Below, piece by piece: positions 47,777 to 56,122 of a stretch of DNA of 60,177 nt. The stretch comes from a virus (Duplodnaviria > Caudoviricetes). The stretch's first letter is position 1. Every line of letters begins with the position of its first letter. The notes beneath the pieces were generated by a model. The model was not told where the DNA came from, searched no databases, and worked only from the letters and a program-made list of their open reading frames with translations. Location of the stretch: the IMG/VR virus record IMGVR_UViG_3300049197_000009, positions 1 to 60,177 of that record. One strand, 5' to 3'. The translations under genes and the position numbers were made by a program.

Positions 47777-48413
47777 CGACAAGAAGCGCTTTGTCACGCT
47801 GCTGACCGGTATCGCGGACTACTACGCCAAAGAAATATCAATCGGCGTCATCGGTCTGTACTGGGAAGGCCTGCGCCAGTACGACATCGAGGCGGTTGAG
47901 AAAGCGCTTTGGCAGCACACACAGAACCCGGACAGCGGGCAGTGGATGCCGAAGATCGCGGATGTGACCAAGATGCTCATCGGGCGCACCGCAGACCAAG
48001 CCGCGATTGCCTGGACAAAGGTTGACACCGCCGTGCGCCGCGTCGGCAGCTACGCCGATGTGGTTTTTGATGACTCGATCATCCATCGCGTTTTGGTCGA
48101 TATGGGCGGCTGGCTGTCGCTGGCGATGAAGACCGAGGACGAATGGCCGTTCATTGCCCGCGACTTTGAAAACCGGTATCGGGGCTACAAGATGCGCGGC
48201 GAGGTGCCGGATTACCTACCGGTGCTGATCGGCCTTGCTAACGCGCACAACGGCAAGGAGGGGATGCAGCGGCTCCCGCCTGTGCTCGTTGGCGACCAAG
48301 AGCTAGCGCGCCGCGTGATGGCGGGCGGTTCGGATACAGCGCTGCTCGCAATGCGGCCGGCATCGAACGTCATGCCTGCTATCGAACAACTCACAAACGA
48401 GAGGGCAGCATGA
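47766..48413 (+). CDS. Replication-associated protein (DUF6475-like)
   Basis: PD.GQWMPK.AD; V.FDD..IH.V..DMGGW; follows initiator. Confidence 0.75.
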   Translation: MLPNDKKRFVTLLTGIADYYAKEISIGVIGLYWEGLRQYDIEAVEKALWQHTQNPDSGQWMPKIADVTKMLIGRTADQAAIAWTKVDTAVRRVGSYADVVFDDSIIHRVLVDMGGWLSLAMKTEDEWPFIARDFENRYRGYKMRGEVPDYLPVLIGLANAHNGKEGMQRLPPVLVGDQELARRVMAGGSDTALLAMRPASNVMPAIEQLTNERAA

Positions 48414-48679
48414 ACCTCTACGCCATCGCCTTCATCGCCTCCTTTGGCTACGTAGGTCTCAAATCGGTTCAGCAGCTTAACGTTGTCCACCGCAAGTACA
48501 TCTGGATCGTGCCGGTCTCGATGCTCATGGCCGCCGTCGAAGTCTTCGTCGTTGCATCGGTGGCGAAATTCGGCTGGGGGTGGCTCGTGTTTTGGGTCGG
48601 CCTTGGCTCCGGGCTCGGCTCGCTCTGCGCAACCTGGGCGCATTCAAAATTCAGCACCAAGGAGGTTTCGCATGCTTGA
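48410..48679 (+). CDS. Small three-TM membrane protein
   Basis: Hydrophobic; QQLNV motif. Confidence 0.65.
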   Translation: MNLYAIAFIASFGYVGLKSVQQLNVVHRKYIWIVPVSMLMAAVEVFVVASVAKFGWGWLVFWVGLGSGLGSLCATWAHSKFSTKEVSHA

Positions 48680-48792
48680 CCAGAACCACGAAAGGCGGAC
48701 CGGCGCATTCTGCGGCCCCGCCACGGCGTTTGCAGCATCGCGCGGCTATGTCGCCTCATCCGCACCGATTCAAACGCCGCCAAGAGGCCCTT

Positions 48793-49137
48793 ATGCATAA
48801 ATCAATTCAAGCGCTGGGCCGCCTCAAGACCGGCTCGATGAACAAGACTGAGGCGATGTATGCCGGTAGGCTCGAATGCCGCAAGTACGACGGCGAGGTG
48901 CTTTGGTATCGCTTCGAGGGCATGAAGTTTCGCTTGGCAGACAACACGTTCTATACGCCCGACTTTGCAGTGATGCTCGCGAGCGGGGCTCTTGAGGCAC
49001 ACGAAGTCAAAGGCTTCTGGACCGACGACGGAAGGGCGAAAATCAAGATCGCCGCCGATATGTACCCGATCCGGTTTATCGCAGTGCAGCAGTTGCCGAA
49101 GAAGCTTGGCGGCGGCTGGAAGACGGAGGAATTTTGA
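48793..49137 (+). CDS. DUF1064-like PD-(D/E)xK endonuclease
   Basis: MNKTE..Y; YTPDF; HEVKG. Confidence 0.85.
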   Translation: MHKSIQALGRLKTGSMNKTEAMYAGRLECRKYDGEVLWYRFEGMKFRLADNTFYTPDFAVMLASGALEAHEVKGFWTDDGRAKIKIAADMYPIRFIAVQQLPKKLGGGWKTEEF

Positions 49138-49358
49138 TGGCCATCACCAAAAAGCGGATCGAAAGAGACATCGCGCAAGCCGAGCAGAATACCAAGAACG
49201 CGATCGAGAGGCTGCGTGAACTGGCGGACCGGTTGGAGGGCGGGTCGATTCGCATGGCGGGCATGACGATGCATAGCGACGGGCTTAATTTTGGCATGAG
49301 TTTTGACGGCGTGCATGCCACAGCTATCCCAAAAGTGAAAGTTGGCCGCGATGGCTAA
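49134..49358 (+). CDS. Hypothetical protein
   Basis: Coupled ORF. Confidence 0.5.
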   Translation: MMAITKKRIERDIAQAEQNTKNAIERLRELADRLEGGSIRMAGMTMHSDGLNFGMSFDGVHATAIPKVKVGRDG

Positions 49359-49776
49359 ATCGAAATCGCCCCGCAAAGCCTACGTGCGCAAGCCGTGCGT
49401 CCTACCCCTCAACATGCGCCGCGATATCGCCTTTGAAATGCCTGGCTATCAAGCCAGCCTTGCGCTCGGCCAGCCGCATTTCTGCGAACAGCACGTCTAC
49501 GACTTGCTATCAAACGCCGACATGGTTCGCCGCATCGCGCCGGATGGCCACGAAATTCTGACGGTGGCGCAGGCGATGGTCTACGCGGTCGCGGAGATTC
49601 AGCGACGCCACATGGACACCGGCAAGCTTGGCGTGAACGGCGACGAGTTCCGCGTGTTGCGCGAGGGCGTCGGTAAGACGATGGACTACCTGCGCACCGT
49701 TTCAAACATCGCAATAGATCGGGCTGCGCGTGCGGCGCTGAAGGAGTTTAACGAGACAGGAGCGTTACGGGTATGA
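49351..49776 (+). CDS. Hypothetical phage protein
   Basis: KSPRKAY.RKP start. Confidence 0.65.
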   Translation: MAKSKSPRKAYVRKPCVLPLNMRRDIAFEMPGYQASLALGQPHFCEQHVYDLLSNADMVRRIAPDGHEILTVAQAMVYAVAEIQRRHMDTGKLGVNGDEFRVLREGVGKTMDYLRTVSNIAIDRAARAALKEFNETGALRV

Positions 49777-49994
49777 ATGCGCTTACCTACCTCAACAACC
49801 TGCGGCCCGCGATTCCGTATTCCACCGAGAAGCCATGCACCATCGCCAGCAATGGCGAATTGCGCCGCTGGATGGCTGGCAGCGCGGTCCTGATCAACGG
49901 CGAGCCGGTCACGTGGGATGAGCCTATCGACTTTCCTGTGCATTCCCTGGTGTTCTTCCCTAAGAGCGCTCAACGCAAAACCACTTTGGTCTGA
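49773..49994 (+). CDS. Small protein with S4-like motif
   Basis: SNGELRRW....AVLING. Confidence 0.55.
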   Translation: MNALTYLNNLRPAIPYSTEKPCTIASNGELRRWMAGSAVLINGEPVTWDEPIDFPVHSLVFFPKSAQRKTTLV

Positions 49995-50003
49995 AAGGCC
50001 AGT

Positions 50004-50216
50004 ATGACTTTTGAATCCCGCTACGATGAATGGTTACAAGCCAATACCGTCAAGTATCGCTCTTTCGACATCACGCATGGCTCAGTAAGGGATGCAAGCG
50101 GAAACAGCCTCATGATGTCGTATTGCCCACTCTGTCCGACGCAAGAGCAGATTGATTCGCTCAATGCTGACGCCAAACTTTGGATTGATGAGCGATTGGC
50201 AAAGGCAGCGGCATGA
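50004..50216 (+). CDS. Hypothetical protein
   Basis: ORF in operon. Confidence 0.5.
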   Translation: MTFESRYDEWLQANTVKYRSFDITHGSVRDASGNSLMMSYCPLCPTQEQIDSLNADAKLWIDERLAKAAA

Positions 50217-50407
50217 AAGAAAAAGACCTCACCAAAGCCGAGCGCTACCAGCTCATGCTGTACCGCGCCGGCAAGCCAAAAACCGAGGCGTTACCGCAAG
50301 AGGCCTACCGCGATCCGGCCGATACCGTGCTGTTTGAATCGGAGCGTCTGGAACGCGAGAAGGCGCGAGTGAAACGCAAAGCCCTTCGGAAAAGCGAACG
50401 CGATTGA
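50213..50407 (+). CDS. Hypothetical protein
   Basis: YRDP motif; coupled. Confidence 0.5.
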   Translation: MKEKDLTKAERYQLMLYRAGKPKTEALPQEAYRDPADTVLFESERLEREKARVKRKALRKSERD

Positions 50408-50412
50408 CGATG

Positions 50413-50462
50413 AAAATAAAGTCCGCGTGCGCGTGAAACTCATCAACGCAGGCAGGTAAAAT
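50413..50462 (+). promoter_or_regulatory. Promoter with 22-bp upstream element, copy 1
   Basis: AAAATAAAGTCCGCGTGCGCGT-N22-TAAAAT. Confidence 0.65.
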
Positions 50463-50482
50463 GCGGCAACTTAGGAGGGCTG

Positions 50483-51016
50483 ATGAGTTTTGCCGACAGG
50501 TACACGAGAAGTCTGAATTCATCGAATCTGATGGATGATTCGTTCCACCATCAGACCGAGGCGCTACAGGCTGCAGCCCACGCCGACCGAGCGGCGCGTG
50601 AAATCGGCTCACTCCTGTCCCGCGTGAAGAATGCCAACGTGTACCGCAAGGCGCACGAGGGCGATACGCAGGCGTTGGCGTCGCTCCTGACGAAATGGCG
50701 CGCGATTGTCCAGAGCAAGGGTATGGAGCGTAAGTGGGTCAAGGCTGGCGATCTGGCCTTCGCCGGACGAATTTTCGAGCGCGTTGCTGACCGCTCGCTC
50801 GCGCATTGGCTGGATGGGAAATGCCCCATCTGCCACGGCTCCAAGGTCAATGAGGATCGCAGGACGTGCGCGCCGTGCTTTGGGACAGGCGAGGCGCTGA
50901 TTGAGGGTGTATCGGGCATGGAGCGCAATCTGATCCTCGACATGGTCTCCGAACTTAACGGCCTAGAATCGAGCCACGCTGGCGCCGCAAATGCACTGCT
51001 TAGGAGGGAAGAATGA
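50483..51016 (+). CDS. Q-like late antiterminator with Zn finger
   Basis: L..WL...CPICHG...CAPCFGTG; end of early operon; SD AGGAGG. Confidence 0.65.
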   Translation: MSFADRYTRSLNSSNLMDDSFHHQTEALQAAAHADRAAREIGSLLSRVKNANVYRKAHEGDTQALASLLTKWRAIVQSKGMERKWVKAGDLAFAGRIFERVADRSLAHWLDGKCPICHGSKVNEDRRTCAPCFGTGEALIEGVSGMERNLILDMVSELNGLESSHAGAANALLRREE

Positions 51017-51366
51017 GTGCGATCGAATACGATGATGAGGCATGCTCTTGCTGCCGTATGACGATGGCGCAATCTCGCCTACTTGCCGCCGCCTCAAACC
51101 AAGCGCGCCCCAAGCGAACCGACGAAAACACCATTTCCGATATCACTGTGGCGGAGGAAAAGCGCCTGCGCCTCGACTTGGCCATCGAGAAGCGCAAAAC
51201 GCTTGAACTGCAACGTGTCTACGATGAACGTGGCAAGCAGATTGCGCGCCTTGAGGCTGCGCTTGCGCCAAGAAAGAACCTGGAACTTGCGGATGACGAT
51301 CCGATCAGCATTCACCTGCAAAGCCTTGGATTGAAGCCAGAGCCTGCACCGAAAGAGCCATCATGA
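51013..51366 (+). CDS. Hypothetical protein
   Basis: Coupled ORF. Confidence 0.5.
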   Translation: MSAIEYDDEACSCCRMTMAQSRLLAAASNQARPKRTDENTISDITVAEEKRLRLDLAIEKRKTLELQRVYDERGKQIARLEAALAPRKNLELADDDPISIHLQSLGLKPEPAPKEPS

Positions 51367-51545
51367 CCATCCACTTCACCTGGTGGACCATCCCCACCAT
51401 CATCACCGCACTCGGGCTGTACTGGCCATTCTGGATGAGCCGCAAGGATGATGGCCTGTTCGCTGGCATTAGCCTGCTGTTCTACGCGGCCCCGGCGCTG
51501 GCCGTGATCTCGATTACTTGGGGCTTGGCGGCGGTGTTTAAGTGA
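51363..51545 (+). CDS. Small two-TM protein
   Basis: Hydrophobic; coupled. Confidence 0.55.
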   Translation: MTIHFTWWTIPTIITALGLYWPFWMSRKDDGLFAGISLLFYAAPALAVISITWGLAAVFK

Positions 51546-51651
51546 GCGCGGGCGTCTACACTGTCGGCGGCTTCATGGATGACTTCGGCAACTGGACCGC
51601 GCCCCACACGCTGCCGTCATATATGGCGCGGCGCGGCTACTTTACGGGAGA

Positions 51652-51864
51652 ATGGACGTGACCTTAGACGAAATCCGCGCCGCCAAGATTGAAATGGAAG
51701 AGGCGATCTTTAAATCCGTATCGGCCGCACAGAAGCGCTTTGAGGAAAGCACCTCGTTGCTCGTGCAGGCGGTGGATATGAACTTCATCCACCATGACTA
51801 TGTAGGTGGCAGGAGGAAGACCGTTCTGTCGAGCGTGAAGTGTGAGGTGGACCCGTGGCAGTGA
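51652..51864 (+). CDS. Hypothetical protein
   Basis: SD GGGAG. Confidence 0.5.
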   Translation: MDVTLDEIRAAKIEMEEAIFKSVSAAQKRFEESTSLLVQAVDMNFIHHDYVGGRRKTVLSSVKCEVDPWQ

Positions 51865-52214
51865 CTATACCGGCTGGCGCGAAGCTTTACATGCTAAAGC
51901 AGGAGTTTCGTGATCTGGTCAATGTTCTTGATTTACCTCGCTCAGCTTGGGTTCTGATAGGGAGTGTGCCATCACATCCACCCGCCAATGCTCGCATCCT
52001 GGTATCGCGGAACAAGCGAGAGGGCTATTACGGCGGCAAGCGGCGCCAGTTTAAGGAAGTTAAAACCTTAAGCGACGGGCATCACGTCTTCCGCCTGATC
52101 TCAGTTAAGCGTGTGCGCTGGTTAAAATCGATTTCGCTACGAGTCTTATATAGCAACGCCTCAATGCGCCGTTTTGAATGCTCACTCGCTAATTATGGAG
52201 GAGTATTACCATGA
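51855..52214 (+). CDS. Hypothetical protein
   Basis: ORF; SD GAGGTG. Confidence 0.45.
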   Translation: MAVTIPAGAKLYMLKQEFRDLVNVLDLPRSAWVLIGSVPSHPPANARILVSRNKREGYYGGKRRQFKEVKTLSDGHHVFRLISVKRVRWLKSISLRVLYSNASMRRFECSLANYGGVLP

Positions 52215-52375
52215 GAGAAAAATTCGACAATTTCAAAGCTGCCCTTGAGGCGCTGTGCCGCGAGCACAAGGTGCTGCTATGGTGCGACGATTTCGGTTAT
52301 GTCCTCATCGGCAATCTCCCGGATGGGTACAATCCCCTTGTCTTCGATTTGTTGGACGAAACGGAAGGCCAATAA
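52211..52375 (+). CDS. Small hypothetical protein (54 aa)
   Basis: SD GGAGGAG; read manually. Confidence 0.5.
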   Translation: MREKFDNFKAALEALCREHKVLLWCDDFGYVLIGNLPDGYNPLVFDLLDETEGQ

Positions 52376-52423
52376 AATAAATTCCGCGTGCGCGTAACTT
52401 TTCGCCAGCCAAGTCTTTATAAT
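52374..52423 (+). promoter_or_regulatory. Probable late promoter with 22-bp upstream element, copy 2
   Basis: AAAATAAATTCCGCGTGCGCGT-N22-TATAAT. Confidence 0.7.
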
Positions 52424-52563
52424 GTGCGTTGTGTTTAAATCTTCCGCGATTCGTTCGGCGTAAGCCGCGATGCCAAGGATTCCAGAGTAGTGCAAGCCAT
52501 CAAGAGTTGCTTTTGCTCGCACTAAAATACGTAGTACCTCGCAGATAGCGAGGACGAACACAG

Positions 52564-52592
52564 AACCCCGCCAAGTGCGGGGTTTTTGCTTT
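52564..52592 (+). terminator. tR'-like terminator ~140 nt after the late promoter
   Basis: AACCCCGC-CAAGT-GCGGGGTTTTT. Confidence 0.8.
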
Positions 52593-52806
52593 TAGGCGCA
52601 TCCGAATGCGGAATCCAAGGCAGGCATGCCAGCGGACAAGCGGATGGAGCGCCACAGCTTTCCAGATAGACGCTCATGTGGGTGCGCATCCTGCTAGTGC
52701 GAGACGCGCCGTGCGACCCGGCATTCTGGAATGGAAGTCACCGTTCTCAATGCGTGTGGGAGTTGTGGCGAGGGTCACGAGAACAATGCTACTCAGCGAG
52801 GCAGCC

Positions 52807-52953
52807 ATGTACCAGACCACGAAACCCTCACCGCAGGCTGTGCGTGACTGGATGCGCCGCGAGGTAGCCGCGAAGACCCCGCCGCCGACGCCTGAGCGCA
52901 TTCGGGAGCAGCTTGGCTGGAACCTGATTAAAGATGACAAACCACGCCACTAA
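52807..52953 (+). CDS. Small hypothetical protein
   Basis: SD GAGG; VR.WM...PPP.PE.IR.QLGW. Confidence 0.6.
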   Translation: MYQTTKPSPQAVRDWMRREVAAKTPPPTPERIREQLGWNLIKDDKPRH

Positions 52954-53383
52954 GCCGGTCAAGCTGATCAACCGCTCGGCAGCAAAGGCTGTCCGTGAGA
53001 TTGAGACCGACGCCGCGCCCGATCAGCAAGAGGTGCTTGAGCAGTTCGACGCTGAGACTGTGCGAGCATTTCAACAGATGATTGCGAGTGAGCATGACTG
53101 ATGGAATTGGCGGCGCATAGCCGCAACCGCGCATCACCAAGACCGCTCCTTGCGAGTGGCCGAGCGGGTTCTCGCTCGACTGTGATAGGCGACTTACCGA
53201 ACGGAAGGCCCGCAACACGAAGGGCATCGGGTAGTTGGGCATGGCGAACCCTTAACGCATCAGACAGCCTCCCACCGAGAAAACTTAAGCAGTACCTACT
53301 AGGACGCCGCTCACAAGGCCGCGCGCTTGACCTAGGCCGGACGCTATACCCGGCAACCCCGCCCCATCAGACAAAGGACCACC

Positions 53384-53626
53384 ATGCACTACCGTAATGG
53401 CCGTGAAGCAAAGAACGGCGACAAGATCGTAAAACTCGAAGGCGGCAAGGTTGTCTCGTTCGGCGTGCTGCACAGCGCAGTTCCTGGCAACGACTACTGC
53501 AACGGCAATATCGCAGTGATCCAGCCAGCATCCGACTATGCCTGCATGTGCGACTGCCTCCACGTCGATGATGTTGCCGAAGTGCTGGCAGCGCAGGGCT
53601 TGGACAAGCGCCCCGAGGGAAAGTAG
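53384..53626 (+). CDS. Cys-containing hypothetical protein
   Basis: SD AAGGA; MHYRNGREAK.GD. Confidence 0.7.
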   Translation: MHYRNGREAKNGDKIVKLEGGKVVSFGVLHSAVPGNDYCNGNIAVIQPASDYACMCDCLHVDDVAEVLAAQGLDKRPEGK

Positions 53627-53901
53627 TAGATCAACCCCGCTTCGCAAGAGGCGGCACATCACGGGGCATTAGTAGGCCTTCGATGGCTAGCTGTGCGCAC
53701 GGTGCGCTAGTGCTCGCGTGATGTGATCCCGCAAAACCCGTGATGAAACGTTGCAAGCCTATCGGGGCCACAAGCTGCGCCGTCAAAGGAGTAACACGGC
53801 GCATAGCCTCACCGGCTTAACCGGTGGCCAGACGCATGGCGATTCTAACGGGCTATGGATTGGGGGTTCCCGGTCGGCCCTTAACCTGAGTCGTCATGCC
53901 T

Positions 53902-53976
53902 GTGGTTATAGCTCAATGGTTAGAGTCGCGGCTTGTGATGCCGCTTATCTGGGTTCGATTCCCAGTAGCCACCCCA
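53902..53976 (+). tRNA. tRNA-His(GTG) with encoded CCA
   Basis: Full cloverleaf: GTGGTTA/TAGCCAC, GCGGC-TTGTGAT-GCCGC, CTGGG-TTCGATT-CCCAG, C73. Confidence 0.9.
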
Positions 53977-54012
53977 AAACGCAACGCTGGGCGTACGCCA
54001 GCACCAAATACG

Positions 54013-54048
54013 AAAGCCCCGACAGTTCACGCTGGCCGGGGCTTTTTT
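54013..54048 (+). terminator. Intrinsic terminator after tRNA
   Basis: AAAGCCCCG...CGGGGCTTTTTT. Confidence 0.75.
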
Positions 54049-54141
54049 GCTTTCAATGCGCAGCCTAGGCTTGCTACCGAACGCCGATTCGTCATCGGCT
54101 GGCAGCGCACCCATTTCAAGACGACCTATGACGGAGGGAAT

Positions 54142-54657
54142 ATGCAACAGCTTATCGTAGTTGACACCGATGTGCATCAGGACCAAGACGGCCGCTTCTG
54201 CTTGAATGACTTGCACCGCGCCGCAATGCTCAAGGGCACAGCGACAAGCAACCAGCGCCCCGGCAACTTCATGAAGCGGCAGGAGACTATCGACCTGATC
54301 GCGGCCATGGAAAAGAGATGCTACCCCGGTAGCATCACTCCCGTCCGCACGGTGAAGGGAAACACTCCCGGCATCCGGCAGGGTACGTTTGTCACCAAGC
54401 CGCTGATCTACGCATACGCGATGTGGATTGACGCCGACTTCCACCTGGATGTGATCGAGGCGTTCGACCGTGGCGGCGCGGTACAGCAAGACCTGTGGAT
54501 GCAGATGCAAGCACTAGTCGCCAAAGAGGTCAATTCGCAAGTCCGCGCAACATTTGGCTCGCACCTGATGTTGAAGCGCAAGCGTGAGATTCCACCGCTG
54601 CGCGATGAGCGTGCCTTGCTGGAAGCCGCGATTCAACCATCGCTGCTTACACACTAA
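54142..54657 (+). CDS. KilA-N domain protein
   Basis: QD.DGRFCLNDLHRAA; QGTFV...L.YAYAMWI...FHL.VI. Confidence 0.9.
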   Translation: MQQLIVVDTDVHQDQDGRFCLNDLHRAAMLKGTATSNQRPGNFMKRQETIDLIAAMEKRCYPGSITPVRTVKGNTPGIRQGTFVTKPLIYAYAMWIDADFHLDVIEAFDRGGAVQQDLWMQMQALVAKEVNSQVRATFGSHLMLKRKREIPPLRDERALLEAAIQPSLLTH

Positions 54658-54664
54658 GGCAACC

Positions 54665-54886
54665 ATGAGCATCCGCACAAAGAAGGTCATCAAGCTGTCG
54701 TCCATGCCATCACGCTCGCCGGCTGGCTTTGGCATCCTGTGGTGGCTGCTACTCGACCGCCTGAATGCACCGAGCTGGGCATATGGCGTGCTGTGGACGA
54801 TAGTCGCGCTGCTGGCTGTGGCGTTCATTGCAAGCTGGTGGACTGAGAAGCCCTGCGACGTTCCTGGCTTTGGTGAGGCTAAGTAG
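54665..54886 (+). CDS. Small membrane protein
   Basis: Two hydrophobic segments. Confidence 0.55.
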   Translation: MSIRTKKVIKLSSMPSRSPAGFGILWWLLLDRLNAPSWAYGVLWTIVALLAVAFIASWWTEKPCDVPGFGEAK

Positions 54887-55096
54887 ATGGCGCGGCGTCC
54901 GATGTGCTTTTCGAGCCCTCAGCCTATGCCGGGCATTCGCGCCGCACTCCTGAGCATCACCGAGTCACGCAAAGCCCTGGAGCGCGGTGAGGCAGCGTGG
55001 AATCGAACTCAGCTTGAGGATGCAATCAGGTCGGCCGAATACTTCATTGCGACAGCGCGCTCATCGATGGAGATGCAGCCGCCTCACGAAGCATGA
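54887..55096 (+). CDS. Hypothetical protein
   Basis: Abuts neighbours. Confidence 0.45.
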   Translation: MARRPMCFSSPQPMPGIRAALLSITESRKALERGEAAWNRTQLEDAIRSAEYFIATARSSMEMQPPHEA

Positions 55097-55452
55097 AGCT
55101 CACCACCCTCAAGACCAGCCTTCAGACGCTCAAGCCTAGCCGCCCTGGCATCGGATCAAACCTAAGCGCCGCCCAAGAGACCCAGCGCCTACGAGGCAGC
55201 GCAGCAGTAAAGCGTCGCGCCTCCTTCCTGACCGAGCATCCCTACTGCGCCGAGTGCGAGATGGAAGGGCGAGTAACCCCATCCACAGTACCGGACCACA
55301 GACAGCCGCTATGGGCTGGTGGTGCCGATGACCTGATTAGCAATGGCCAAGCCCTGTGCGCTGTCCACCATGGCAAGAAGACCAAGTGCGAGGCTCGCAT
55401 GAGGGCTGGCGGCGGGTGGATGGCGACGGCTTGCTTCTGTCGGCAGCATTAG
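55093..55452 (+). CDS. Packaging-associated HNH endonuclease (HK97 gp74-like)
   Basis: HPYCAEC, DH..PL..GG, N.QALC..HH.KKT; just upstream of terminase. Confidence 0.85.
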   Translation: MKLTTLKTSLQTLKPSRPGIGSNLSAAQETQRLRGSAAVKRRASFLTEHPYCAECEMEGRVTPSTVPDHRQPLWAGGADDLISNGQALCAVHHGKKTKCEARMRAGGGWMATACFCRQH

Positions 55453-55569
55453 CAGAGACCGCAGGAAGCGACGAGTATCACGAACGGTAGATGCATCGAA
55501 GCGTTTGAGAGCGTGGCACTGAGAGGCTGTGGGCGAGGCGCAGTGGCATTCGGTATGGAAGTTAGCCAC

Positions 55570-55650
55570 ACCCCTCCGGGGGATGCAATCTTCACAACCT
55601 CGACGCCAGGAAACCGCGTGGTTCCGCACGTACAGAATAAATCCCCCTTT
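55570..55650. other. Probable cos region
   Basis: Intergenic between HNH and terS; AACC-GCGT-GGTT dyad; exact cut not determinable. Confidence 0.45.
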
Positions 55651-55663
55651 GAGGAATATGTTA

Positions 55664-56122
55664 ATGGCTTTAACAGGCAGGAAACGCGTGTTCGCGGATG
55701 CCGTTTTGGCCGGTCTCACGAATAAGAAAGCGGCAATCAAGGCCCAATACAGTGAGGCGACTGCATCTGCTGCCGGGTCGCGCCTTGTTAAAGACAAACA
55801 GGTCGCGGAATACCTGGCAATGAAGCGCGCCGCCTCGGAAGCCGGGTCGGCAGCACCAGTGTCAGCCCCGACGACTCAGCCCACTACCGATGGCAAGCAA
55901 TTCGACCCGCGCCCGATGCTGGAGCAGATCGCACTCGGCTTGGTCGAGGTGTCGGCGCAGCAGTACAAGGCGTTGACCGCGTTGCTGCCGTACACGAACG
56001 TGAAACTCGGTGAGGGCGGCAAGAAAGATGCTGCTGGCGCAAAGGCTAAGGAGGCGGGCGCGGGCAAGTTTGGCTCCGCCGCGCCGCCGAGATTGGCAGC
56101 AGTCGGCGGCAGGAAGACCTAA
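55664..56122 (+). CDS. terS: Terminase small subunit
   Basis: F.......AAI.A.YS..TA...GSRL; LLPY...K.GEGGKK. Confidence 0.85.
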   Translation: MALTGRKRVFADAVLAGLTNKKAAIKAQYSEATASAAGSRLVKDKQVAEYLAMKRAASEAGSAAPVSAPTTQPTTDGKQFDPRPMLEQIALGLVEVSAQQYKALTALLPYTNVKLGEGGKKDAAGAKAKEAGAGKFGSAAPPRLAAVGGRKT

